Of a stretch of 64,000 nucleotides of DNA, positions 38,703-51,573 are shown one piece after another. Each line of letters starts with the position of its first letter. Position 1 is the stretch's first letter. The stretch lies in contig NMRA01000649.1 of assembly GCA_002633005.1 (NCBI GenBank), positions 108,807-172,806 of the forward strand, in the 5' to 3' direction. This stretch comes from Phoronis australis. Its lineage: Eukaryota > Animalia > Phoronida. A program made the translations under genes and the position numbers. The notes under the pieces are model-generated. The model searched no databases, had not been told where the DNA came from, and worked only from the letters and a program-made list of their open reading frames with translations.

Positions 38703-39870
38703 CAGCCGATTTCATAAAGGTGGTTTAACAAAACCAGGTTTAAGACTTAAACCTGGTCTTCCTAAACCTGGTCTAATTTTAGACCTAACTTGCATTTCAC
38801 CAACATGGTTTAAGAGTCTGAAAGCCTGGTTTTGCTAGACCAGGGAGCTGGTTCAGGAGAACCAGGTTTAAAGTATCAAAGGCACCCCACTGTGCCGTGG
38901 AGGGTAAACCCAACAAAGAAACTATTGAAGTGCTTCAATGAAACCTTGATCACGTGGGTATAGAATGGCATACACCAGTAGAATCAGTGCAGACATTTAC
39001 GACAAGGTTTAAAAGCTTTTCTCATGAGGAAAAATGTAATTTGTGTGCCCAACACAGACACATTAAAGAACATGCTCACGATTAGATGTAACATGATAAA
39101 TGCCCAAATTTATTTCCGTGTCATTTTAGTTTTTATTTTTCGCGGCCAAAGGGGGGGGCAAGACCCCTTCCCGGCAACATTGAATCGGAGAACAGTGGAG
39201 GTTGAACTCAGTCAGAAGAATCAGAGGATGCTGTCTTAAGTCAAATCCGTAAGGCTTGCGACGCCCTGCTCGACCAGTCGTATTCTGAGGAATCCGCAGG
39301 ACACACTCCAGCATGTACTGGTCTACGCATAGGCGGATCCAGGGGGGTCAAGGGGTCCGAAGCCCCCTTTTTCCCTTGATTTTAATGATATCAAATCTAT
39401 AATTTTCAAATTTTTGACTTGGTTCCCCCCTTTCAAAAAGTCCTTGACCGTCCCCTCTCCTTTAAAAAATCCTGGATCCGCCCCTGCTACGTTTGATCTC
39501 GTGTCGTAGTAAACCTGAATAATGAAAACAGTCCATTTTCGCTCTAAAACTGCGTCGCAATTGCACACCGCGGCATCGTTCAGTTGTACCTATACTATGC
39601 AAGTCTGACATATTTAACAGTTAAACCTGGGTCTGACCAAGTCTAAAGTTAAACACGGTTTAAGATCTTAATACAGGTCTAAAGAATATGGACCTCGTTG
39701 GTGAAATGAAAACTGACTTAGACCAGGTCTAAACTGGATTTAAACCAGGTTTTACAAGACCACTAGTCTAAAAGTTAAACCACCTTTATGAAATGCAGAT
39801 TATCATTAAACCTGGTCTAAGTCTAGTTTAAACCTGGTTTAACTTTAAACCACCTTTATGAAATCGGCTG
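38703..39870. mobile_element. PIF/Harbinger-type non-autonomous transposon
   Basis: ATT|CAGCCGATTTCATAAAGGTGGTTTAA ... TTAAACCACCTTTATGAAATCGGCTG|ATT: 26-bp perfect TIR, 3-bp TSD, many AAACCAGGT/ACCTGGT subterminal repeats. Confidence 0.9.
39328..39486. mobile_element. MITE nested in the Harbinger-type element
   Basis: CTACG|CATAGGCGGATCCAGG ... CCTGGATCCGCCCCTG|CTACG. Confidence 0.8.
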
Positions 39871-41865
39871 ATTAAGTCGTAATACAGATGTTACCTCGGC
39901 ACCCTCGTTACCGGCAATGGCGGTGTCATATATTTTGATTTCTGTTTTGAAACGGGTCTTAAAACATCAACTCGGTAATGATAACATAACTTAATATTTC
40001 TCGTGGTCTATGGTTATACTGTGGTCGGAGTGGGTGTTACTTTTGGGTGTTATTTTTGGTATAATAAACGGCTTCATTCTTATGTTAATTACCTTGACGT
40101 TGACCATGCTTATTCGCATATTTATGCCTTTAACTAATTGTGCTTTACTAATTTTAATTAATAAAATGTGAAGTAACTATGTAAAACGACATCGTGGTTG
40201 ATGAGAACTGGAGAGCATCAGAAAATAATTGTCCTTAAATGTACTGTATATCCAATAGGCATCTTCTCTCGGCTGTTTTCTTTGGGGGTGGGTACATGAT
40301 ATAGTTTTATTGGATTGCAGGCAGAAAATTACACTCTACCAATTTTCACACCCCCCCCCCCCACATTGCAATGATCATCCTCACCCCAGATCTCACCAGG
40401 CAAGGATCGACGGGGATCCAGACCCATGCTGGAATGTAAGATGTCGTACGGGGTGAATTTTCGAGGAAAAATTCTTGACCCCTGTTTGGAGGTCGTATGT
40501 GGGCAGTTTTTGGAAAGAAATATAGTAGTGTTTTTACTGGTCCCTTCAGCTGCTTTATTACTTCGCAGACCCCAGTCTCTAGATAAAATCCAACTGGATC
40601 ATCTCTACCTGCCCACCCGCCTATCACCCACTATCAAGTCACCCTTCCTCCGCGTATGGTGTATGTCCCGTTATGTTCAGTTGGTTCAATGCCGTAATGG
40701 CTATTCTTGGCTCACTCGAGTTTCTGTCTATGTTTGCATTTTTCAATACACCGCACATGATTTATATTCTCACTATTTCAAACAAAGGACACTAAATAAT
40801 TTGAATTTGACAAAATAAAATGTGACACGACTGGCAACGTCTCGCGTACTTCCTCATCGCACACGTCCTCTTCATGTCACTACAGTCCAAGGAACAATGA
40901 TGGTGGCGGTCAATCCAGTTAGTTTCCGTGTCTATTCGTCTTTGATTTCATTAGTCCTTTGCAGGATCTTTGTTAAATTTTACACTGTGTTCGTGTGAAG
41001 CTGACAACGGACGAAGACGAGTTTCTAGCCAATCTGACTACCGCTTTGCCCCTAGTGGCAATTTTATTTTATTTTAATGTTAGCTCCGTATCCTCGGAGT
41101 CACTGTTCATTGATGGATTTTCGTGAAAATTAGCAAATAGATTTCTATTAGCGAGAAGATAATATCATTGTATTATCAAACGTATTCTGCACAGTGTAGT
41201 GGTCACTCTTAATATTTAGAGTCCGTTTTTTGGCGTTTACCAGTTCCGCTTAACCGCTGAAAGGATCACTGTGAAACTACGTTTGGACGGTTCTGATTAC
41301 TGTATCGAATGAGCGCGATCTGTATCGTGGCTTGTAGGTTACGCTCTGCTTCGTGGCACTGAAAGCTGGCACATAAGATCGTTCCAGAAATTTAATAGCT
41401 GAACAACGGTAGAATGCCAATTTCTCTAGCACTGGTAACTATTTAGTTCACTCAAGGAAGAGTAAAGGTTTAATGGCATACATTTTATGTCAGATATTTT
41501 TGTTAGGTTTTTACCCACATCGGAGTAAAACTGTATATTTGTACGGCTTTGTACCAAGGCTACGATTTTGCATGTAGCCAAGGCGAACGTTAGATCATAT
41601 TCACGATGAGGTGAAGAGCAGAACTACCTGGGCTATGTGAAGTCAAAACGCAGAGGTTCAATTCGCTGACTAGCTTGTGGTACTATCTATTGATCAAGAA
41701 ATGCTACATGTTTCCACCGGAAAATTGATTATTAACTTCCATTCTCAACCAAATGAGATATATCCCTACTCCGTGATGAACCAAGATCTAAATTCATAAC
41801 ATAAGGTGCTCTAATCATGTAAGTGACGTTTGTGAAAGTTTTGCTTGGGACAAGACTTGTTTTAA

Positions 41866-44153
41866 ATGAAGGGAAAAATGTCTCTGTTTTTTAATCACGT
41901 AGCAATTACCTTCTATCAACAGGAATCGCAAGGAATGTGCAAGTTATCAAGCTGTTATCCAATGAAGACAAGTTTATGTTACCGTTCCTCGCGTAACATA
42001 TGCATCTATCTTACACTAATTGCATTAGTTGTACTGGGTTGCGGAGCAACTACCGGAGGTTTGGTTTGGGGACTTGATGACAAAAGCAACACGACAGGAA
42101 ATGGAAGCGCAACAAGCTTACCAACTCAGATATATGTGATGTCGGGTTTTGGCGGATTTGTCGGTATAGTCATCCTATTTGCCTTGATTAAGTATTGCTG
42201 TATCAGTGAGCACAAGGTGTTTGACGAATTCTTCAAATTATTATTATTGGTATTCTTCAAACGACCACCTCAGCAACGACGCTCCACGGACGACAAAGCA
42301 ACACTAAGCAACTTAAAAGTGATTGAAGCTCGTTTCAACGCTTGGGAGTTCGCTGGTTCTGACCTTCTGTGGGCTGGTATTGTTACAAACATCTGTAATG
42401 TTGTAGAACAAGAATTCGGTTTCTGGAAAACTAGAATGTACCGCTTCGTTGAAGGCGAAGCCACTGAGAACATTGAGCGTTTGGATGAGGGCGAAGCCAC
42501 CAAGAACACTAACCGTATCGTTGAAGGCGAAGCCACCGAGGGTACTGACGGTTTTGTTAAAGGCCATGCCACCGAGGGCACTGAGAGTTTCGTTGAAGGC
42601 GAAGCCACCGAGGGCACTGAGAGTTTTGTTGAAGGCGAAGCCACCGAGGGCACTGACGGTTTTGTTGAAGGCGAGGCCACCGAGGACACTGAGCAAAGCA
42701 GAGTAGACAAGTGTTGCTCTAGTTCATGCTGTGTCGGGTTCGGGACTGCTCACAGGTATAGCCAGGTACCCACCCGCATGGACGACAACATGACACCCAG
42801 TGAACAACCAAGCTCTGAAAGTGCCTCAAGCAGAGTTTTGGTAGAGCGGCAGTCCTGTTTGGGGATATCCTGTTACTTTACCTTTTTTTCATAATTACTA
42901 TATTGATTTTTTCAATAATAGTAATTATTTATTATACCCAAACAACACCCCCAGCCACACGCGAACAAATCCTATTTGGTACAGCAATTGTGGGTTTGAT
43001 TGCGGCTTTAATAACGATAATAAAAACAACCGTGGGTTTGGCTAGCTCCTTTTGCCAATCTGAGGCAGAACGAATAATGCGGATGAAAGGGCATTTGACT
43101 CGTTCAAATTTTGACGCGGAATTAGGATTTATGAACAGGGTCAAGTTAGAAATGTATTATATCAAAGATTTCATTAGATATATGGAATTCATTTACCAGA
43201 AAAAATATCGCTTACTTATAATCATTGACGATCTTGACAGAGTGGAAAAAGACCAAATTGTTAAAATTCTGGATGCAGTTAATATCTTGTTTTCCGATAG
43301 CACTCTGCCCTTCATTTCCTTTGTTGCAATTGATCCGCAGATTGTCGTGAAAGCTATCGAGACATCATACCACAAAGTGCTATTAGATGCTAATATTAAC
43401 GGGCACGAATATCTGAAGAAAATTATTCAACTTCCTTTTTACTTACCCCTGCCTGATGACGAGCAAATCATACAGTACGTTGAATCCATGGTGGAAACAC
43501 AAGAGACCAATAATGGCGTTCCTAAAGATAATAATATTGAATCTGGAAACCCACCTCCTGTAGCGGGGATCAGTGTACAATCCAATCAGGACACGGGTGT
43601 TACTGGACAACCAAATAGTGTTGAGCAAAGAAAAAATGAGAATACCTCGTTGATAAAAGCAATGCAGGGTTTGAAAGACACACGTAAGTTCCTCATACCT
43701 AACGCGCGAAATATCAAACGCATCCGTAACATAGTGATGGTTACGTTTAAACTTGTCATGAAAGGGAAAGAATTCTCCGACGAAGAAATGAAAAAGCTGG
43801 CTAAATGGGTCCTTTTCACAGAGCAGTGGCCATATAGAGCGAGCTGGTTGATACATGTATACAAAACGCATAAAAAGGGTACACAAAACTTTGTGCAGCT
43901 TTTGGAGAAACCTCCACTCACGATATTCCAAGAGCAATGCGAGAAAAAATTGACCAAGCCGTCCGACTGGAAAGCATTACTAAGTCTTGATCACAACCAA
44001 AGGCTGTTCGAACAATTCCTTGAGAATAGTAAGTTTGAAATGAGTGATGTGGAAACTTTCTTGCCTTTCACTGTTAACCTTGACTACACGATCAGGACAA
44101 TAATAGCGAATTCTGAATCGGAGAAAAATGCGGAAAGGATTAGTGAACAATAG
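41866..44153 (+). CDS. KAP-family P-loop NTPase (NKPD1-like), frameshifted at ~42883-42889; may be a pseudogene or an assembly error
   Basis: RFNAWEFAGSDLLWAGIV; TM segments; LGFMNRVK; Walker B LIIIDDLDR; PFISFVAIDP; YLKKIIQLPFYLP; NARNIKRIRN; KWVLFTEQWPYR. Split over ORFs 41866-42894 and 42903-44153. Possible acceptor at 41922|41923. Confidence 0.88.
42445..42696 (+). repeat. 36-bp coding tandem repeat, 7 x 12 aa (FVEGEATEGTES consensus)
   Basis: Visible directly in the DNA and in the translation. Confidence 0.95.
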
Positions 44154-45039
44154 GAATCGAAAACGTTGGAAAAGCTGGAAAAATCGATCGACACTAAATC
44201 CAGCGGAAACGACAATACCAGACAACAACAGAAATGACAATCAAGTTTAATCACTTTTGAAATTTTTTCATATAAAAACATTTGATTGTACGTAAATCCG
44301 TCTTGCTTTTTGGCAAGATTCTTTGGTGTACATCACCTGCCCTTTACTCACCTGAGTTTGCTAGGTCTTGCTTTTTGGGGAGATTTTCGGTATACAAAAC
44401 ACACCCCAAAGATCAAAAGCACGTCTGTATTGCCAGCGCTGTAATATCTTCTCAGAATCGCTAGTATCCATGGTGCAGGGTACATGTTTACCTTCCAGTG
44501 GCCATGTTTTCGTCTGAAAATGGAAAGATAGACACGTGAACAAAGTGCATAGCAGAATAAAAACGATTTTTGTGACTTGTCATTTTCCCAGAATATTTCA
44601 TTTTCCCTCGTGCAGTGACTCATAAGCACCCCACTATTTGGCAATTTTGAGACAAGTGTTTCAAAAAATTTTGGCGAAGTCCCAAGTACAGTGAACCTCA
44701 GCTATTTTCGATGTTAAAACACTAGTTTACTGATTTCCGAGTCTTGGGAATAGCTGGAAATTGTTTTTGTTGAAGATTGAACTTGTATATTTAAATTAAT
44801 ATGGACTCTGAATTTTAAGCTAATACACCGAATTCACTTTGGCTGTCAGCTAAGTATGAATTGACTCATTCCGTGTCCGAAAGTATATACTCGTTGTTAT
44901 TTTAGTGATTTCAACACATCGAAAGTGACAGGAAGTATTTAAGAGAACGTGTACCAAATAACAAAGCTTAGTGAGGGGAAAAGGATAGGCTTAGTTTATG
45001 GTCAGCTGTTTGATTTTGTGTAATGGTGTACTTTACGTT

Positions 45040-45445
45040 ACTGTACATTTGCGACTTTTATTGATATGCAAAAAGCCTTTCACTGGGTAGATAGAAGTAG
45101 TTTACTTTCTAAAATGTTGGATCTGGACACACATGTAGTTGGGAAGTTTTATGGGGGTGTTGAAAATAAATATGCAGCAACATAATTCTCAGCTAAAATT
45201 AATAATACCTTTACGGACTGGTTTTATACATCCTGTCGGCTCAAACAAGGATACGTTTTATCTCCTACTCTTTTTAGCACTATTTATGAATGATTCCTGT
45301 TGCTGCTGATAATTTTCCAGGTTTATTATATGCTGATGATATAGTAGCTGAGAGCGAAGAAAATTTACGGGGTGTATTGAATATAGTTGACAAATGGTGC
45401 TCTAAATGGAGGCTAATTGTTAATCAGAAGAAAACTAATACTATC
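45040..45445 (+). mobile_element. Degraded LINE reverse-transcriptase fragment
   Basis: FIDMQKAFHWVDR, LKQGYVLSPTLF and LLYADDIV..WCSKWRLIVNQKKT, with frameshifts. Confidence 0.88.
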
Positions 45446-45716
45446 TCTTCAGATCCAAGCATGTCTGATTTCGTGCAGAAAGCTGTGAAATTAAATTGCT
45501 TACCATTATGCAAAAACTGTTATTAGGAAAACTGCATTCTTCATTAGAATTATTATTAGGAACGGAAAAATTAAGTTTATGTTCGATCACTGTATTTGGA
45601 TTTTCATGTATCCAAAGTGACTTATAAGCCCTGCAGTGTACTGGGTGTTCCTGTTTTGTTACGTACTTATTGTTTTAATCCATATGTACGACCACATGTC
45701 GCTATAATAAAAAATA

Positions 45717-45750
45717 ACTTACCTACCTACTTACCTACCTACCTACCTAC
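45717..45750. repeat. (CTAC)n microsatellite after AATAAA, LINE-type 3' tail
   Basis: ATAATAAAAAATAACTTACCTACCTACTTACCTACCTACCTACCTAC. Confidence 0.7.
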
Positions 45751-46386
45751 TTTATTTACTTATTGTTTTGATTTTGTAATCTTAGGATTGTACCAATCGT
45801 ACTTTTTCATTGCCCAGCTCAGATAAGCGCAATGCTGAAGATATATACAACGATAAAGCCGTTGAAGTAATTTAAAAAGTTGTAATTGGTTAGTCATTAA
45901 TATCTAGACTGATTGTAAGATTTTTTGTGAAATTTCTTTGTGATTGTTTGTTTTGCTATACACAGATGGTCTATGAAGGAGACTGCAAGGCCATCATGTT
46001 TGTTTCAGTGCTATATCTAATGTATCAGTTTAGGATGTAGTTGGTGTGAATGAAAATGATTAGTATAGTCAGTGTGGGGTTTTGTGAATAAATATATAGC
46101 ATTTGAAGTGCATACCATGGTCTATGTTGTATCGGGTGAGACTGTTGAGCTCGGTATCAAGCGGAATGCAAGGACTGATTTGTCTTGCATGAAATTCATT
46201 CAGCCACATCAAGGCTTGTGTGATCGCTCGCGGTCATTTTTGGAAAAATCAAGTAATCGAATGTCAAAAATTCTCAAACTATTCGTCGTCATGCGTTATG
46301 GTTTGCCAATAATAAACTTTAAGTTTTTGTCACTTCTGCTACTAAATCTGGCTTTGAAGTTGTCGCCGTACGTTGATGTAAATGGC

Positions 46387-48363
46387 TTCCACAGGCTCGA
46401 ATAGTCACAACGGCTCCACTTGACGCAACTTCGGATTTGTGATGACCCGGCTGAGCACTTGCAGCTAAAATCTTACAATTTTCTCCCGACAGATTTGTGA
46501 CTGACAATATGTACTTGTACTATGCTACATATACAGTCACATCAGGGGAGGCTTGGGTTCCACAATTTTTCGAAATGGTCATGGTCAATTTTCATAGAAT
46601 TAAACAACAAAGGACACATTAAATGTTGTAAGAAATAACTTGAAATAAATTTTATTTTTGTTTAATTTTATTAAGCGCTCAGCTGAACATACACTAAGAT
46701 GCACACACGAGCGCATACAACCGTGGCTATATAGTATGAAGCAATTGCTCAACCTTGAAACATATGAAAAATAGTGGCCCATCAGTTTAAGGCTATTTTC
46801 TAACAGAAGATACGATATTTACCCAAACCTATGAGCGAGTTCAATTTTCTAGGTTCTGATAATTTTCCAATACTACTACTTAATGACGCATATACTTAAT
46901 CATGTAACCATTGCGGCAGCGATGACCAGAAATGACGGACGACAAAATTTGTATAGTTGTGACCTAATGATTACAATTGATACAAAAATGTATTAATGCG
47001 TAAAAGTCTGAAATAAGCGCTTCTGGTACCACTTAAAACGTGTACCGAGTGGAAATTTACATGACAACCGTGAGCTTCTGTCCACCAGTCATTAGATGGA
47101 TTGGTGAGGACCAAGTCATAATTTGCCTCAAAATTTCGATTTTGCGCACAATTGATTGACTATCGTATACAAATTTGATCGTCTTGTTGCCAAAGTGTCT
47201 GTGAAACAATTGTGGAATATTTGGCAAAGTAAACATGTAAGTCTCGCCTTTGCTATCTTGAAGATATGTACGTAATGATTTTCTCAAACCAAAAAAAATA
47301 TGTGAATGATGGATAAAATCGTGCATCTTACCAAAAGCTTCATAAATCATAAGATTTCCGTTATTGTCAAAACAAGAGCAACGCGGAGCATTGAAATGTG
47401 ACAATGACTACACCGCAAATGGAACTGGCTTCTAGGGGTATTGAATTAGTATCATATAATGGTCATTGGACGGCGCAGAGTTCGTCGAAGCCGTTCAAAG
47501 CGGAAAAGCGTCATCCTCTCCAGAATAAAAAAACTCATTGCTAAATTTCATGAAGAATCGTAAAAAATGCGAATATTACAGATAAGCGAATGTGAAAAAA
47601 TGCCTTGAGACGAAGCGTAAGTCCAGGGGATCTGTCCAATTGTTGTCAATTTAATAGAAATACACTTGCCTGACTTCCACACACTTGTCAATTTTCATAA
47701 TGATCCCCTTAGCGGTTTGGCCTAAACATATGAAATGTGCAAACATTTACCTATGTGAATCTATTCTAATCACAAAGCTTCAGGCACACATTTGCAGAAA
47801 TGTCCTGCTTAACTGTATTGTAGTATCGTGCGTCAGTCCTGAGTGAAAAATATTTAAGAGCTTAATTATACACTTGCAGGGAGAATACCTAGTCTAATGT
47901 AACTACGATACTTTTGTTGCCATTGTCACAAATTTGCCCCGACCTAAGGGGGTCACATTTTTACACAGCAATAGCGCTGTTAATGCATGGACTTGTTCTA
48001 ATAAGTTTGTCAATTCAATGGTATTCTATTACATCATAGTCCAGTGGCGGATCTATGATATCTTAAGGGGGCAACATTTTGTCTCACAAACAATCGCGCA
48101 ATACACAATTATAGAAGCGCCTCTAAAAACAACAATTTTCAAAGCAAAAAAAAAACACTGAGAACGTGTCAAACTGGAAAAACTTTAAATGCCACTGCCG
48201 GTCGCCTGGGATTTCATGCAAATATCGACCTGATGCGCCATTACTTAGCCCTGGGAGTAATATACACTTTTGATATTGGTCCTAGCTTAGCCACAGTTCC
48301 GTTACGATTACGCCGGTTGTATGGAATGGACACTTGAAATCGGGTCTGAGCTCTCCCCCCCCG

Positions 48364-48437
<74 letters not shown>

Positions 48438-48610
48438 AAGCTGCTCACATTATTAAATCTTGTTTCAACAGTATAATTTTGATTACCGTGGTTAATTAAT
48501 AAACTCAATATTTGCTCACAATCTTGGTGTTTTTTATGGCACCCAAGGGTCCGCCTATGAAGTTAGTGATGAAAACAACTTCTGTCGGGAGAGACTGAGA
48601 TTTCAAATGC
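46387..48610. repeat. ~2.2-kb duplicated unit, copy 1 (contains a GGCGGATC-type MITE at ~48042-48559 and (CA)n at ~48365-48431)
   Basis: Colinear with 52597-54683; the paired short ORFs in the track are near-identical. Confidence 0.95.
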
Positions 48611-48807
48611 CCAGCGTGTGTGTGGAGTTCCGGGTTATGTAATCTGCGCATTATTTCAGTTTGGAGGACATTTTTAAAACCAATTAGCCGCTCTTTCTAA
48701 AAAACATATGATTTATTTCACTTACTGTACAAGATCGTTCTCATCTTGTTGTTAAGAAACGATTTCCAGCTGCGAAGCACCGGCTAAGTCTTCACTGCTC
48801 GTGACCT

Positions 48808-48963
48808 GGGTAGAGTTCAGTAGCTGTCTCGCGGCCAGTAGAAAAATCTAGACAAAATCACGTTTTCTCACTTAAAATACACGGTAATATCTTATGTAAT
48901 CTCGCAAAATCTTGATTTTTAGCGAGATTCTTGCGTAGGTCCTAGCGTTATTGAACTCTACCC
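48808..48963. mobile_element. Small MITE
   Basis: TIR GGGTAGAGTTCA ... TGAACTCTACCC. Confidence 0.65.
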
Positions 48964-50898
48964 ACACCCATGGGTTAGTTTCTGAAACTAAATCATGGGT
49001 GTGGGTGAATGGCATTCATCAACGCTGCGGTGAGCGACAATCACGGACAGCACTGGGGAATTTAAGCACATAAGTTCAATTCGAGAAAGAAAAGGACGTT
49101 GCTTTGGAAGGGAAAATACTCCTCTGAAGATCTACGTAACATCGGAAGTCGGGTTTTCATGGATAAATATGATTCCAAATTATTGAGTGGCTGTAAACGG
49201 CTGCATCCTATCGAAAACAGATGAATCTTGAACTGAACTTACATGAGGTATAATTTGGCAGGCATAACGCGGAACATGTTAATTGGGTAATACCGGTGTG
49301 TTTGGTCAAATATCATACAGTGCTGATCGAATCCAGCTTCCCGTCGAACGCACTTCAGCCTTAGTCAGGCCTCGGGTGACCTTCAACCGGAGTGAGGTCG
49401 GGCTTCGCCCGGACGCGTTCTGGACTCGGTTGGGTTGTGACTCAACCTAAGACTGTCCTAGGTTGGACTCGGTTGGACTGCGGTTATTGAGTCATTAAAT
49501 GTCCGGGGGGGTTACCCCTGCATATGCTACCACTGATCGCTGAACCTGCACTCATGGCTTGATTTCCTCGCAGGTTTTTGTCAAGGTTGTGCTTTTGTGT
49601 CGAATATGTTTCTTAATTACAATGAGTGCTAGGATTTTCGGGGGAGGAATTAAATTAGACTTGGCATTTGACGACGGGAACGGTCGCAAAATTGATGGCG
49701 AAAGGTTGAAGGACAGACTGCGAGTGGCATGACTACGGCACCATACAATTCGTAATGGCGAAGGGGGAGGAAAAGACTGCAAGTGGTATGACTGCCGCGT
49801 GATTCTCTTCGGAGTTCGTGGTATCAATATTAGCTGTGCGGATTTCATTCGATCCAGTGGTGTAGAGGTGATAGTTATTTAACATATTGTCGACGAGCGA
49901 CAAATAAATCACGTCTTGACGCTACTGAATGGAAGTGACTCAGAATCTTTTAAAAACTGAAGTATCCCCACAATTTTACAATGCAGTACGTGACCCCTTG
50001 CAGTAGTCCATGAGGCCATTGATAAATTATGCCTCGTTTATAGCTTACTGTTTTGTGTTCATTTTGCCTTTTGACACCATATTAAAGTTGTAGACTACCC
50101 CGGGTTACACAACTGCTTATCAGATTTCGCCGTATAAGTTACAACTAGTGAAAGGGTCATCGATACGCGGCCGCGTTGTGATTTTATTTTTACGTACGCG
50201 CAATGGCGAGGTACAATTGGTGGTTCAGCAATGAGCCCTGAGGCAATCTTCGCACAAAGGAGCTAAGCCAACGCGATCAATACAGGCCGTGACTGGTCCA
50301 TGTGATCTGAAAGAATGTCTCCGTCTTGCTTTCCTTAGCGGCTATACTGAACGATCGTGTTTTGTGTTGGGTCTAGAACGAGTTAGGTGCAATACAGCCA
50401 CTGACGAAATATACTAATAATTTCACGTACGCTGGTCAAAACACAAAAAAAAACTGTTTTAATTAGATGAGAAGCCTTGTCTTACCACAAAAAGTGGTTC
50501 GTTCGTTAGTTACTGATATAGTTTCGTGCTGGCAATAATACAAGTACCGGCCATTGAGATGTGTCGAAAAATATTATAACCGAGGATTTCATAGCGGACT
50601 TGTTATAATTAGAGTGCACTTAGAATTGGTCAGTCACCTGCCATTAGTAATTAACCATTACGTATATCTAAGGGAAAATTGTGTACTAACATACATATGT
50701 ACGAGCCCGGCCGTTCTGTGGAGGCAGTCGTTCAAATGAGGGCGGATAATGTCATTTTGTGTGCGTCTACAGTAGTTTGTACGCTGAATTAAGATCATTG
50801 ATCCTCAGAGTCGTTTGTAAAGAGAGTTGAAGACTTTTTTCGAAGGCATTGCGGGTATGAAACAATGAAAATTTATGTACATGCAAGTTATTTTCACT

Positions 50899-51573
50899 NN
50901 NNNNNNNNNNNNNNNNNNNNNNNNNNNNNNNNNNNNNNNNNNNNNNNNNNNNNNNNNNNNNNNNNNNNNNNNNNNNNNNNNNNNNNNNNNNNNNNNNNNN
51001 NNNNNNNNNNNNNNNNNNNNNNNNNNNNNNNNNNNNNNNNNNNNNNNNNNNNNNNNNNNNNNNNNNNNNNNNNNNNNNNNNNNNNNNNNNNNNNNNNNNN
51101 NNNNNNNNNNNNNNNNNNNNNNNNNNNNNNNNNNNNNNNNNNNNNNNNNNNNNNNNNNNNNNNNNNNNNNNNNNNNNNNNNNNNNNNNNNNNNNNNNNNN
51201 NNNNNNNNNNNNNNNNNNNNNNNNNNNNNNNNNNNNNNNNNNNNNNNNNNNNNNNNNNNNNNNNNNNNNNNNNNNNNNNNNNNNNNNNNNNNNNNNNNNN
51301 NNNNNNNNNNNNNNNNNNNNNNNNNNNNNNNNNNNNNNNNNNNNNNNNNNNNNNNNNNNNNNNNNNNNNNNNNNNNNNNNNNNNNNNNNNNNNNNNNNNN
51401 NNNNNNNNNNNNNNNNNNNNNNNNNNNNNNNNNNNNNNNNNNNNNNNNNNNNNNNNNNNNNNNNNNNNNNNNNNNNNNNNNNNNNNNNNNNNNNNNNNNN
51501 NNNNNNNNNNNNNNNNNNNNNNNNNNNNNNNNNNNNNNNNNNNNNNNNNNNNNNNNNNNNNNNNNNNNNNNNN
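50899..51573. other. Assembly gap (675 N)
   Basis: Run of N; ORFs crossing it are artefacts. Confidence 1.

Noticed and set aside
42270-42710. Antisense and alternative-frame ORFs over the KAP gene
   Set aside because: By-products of the stop-free 36-bp repeat.
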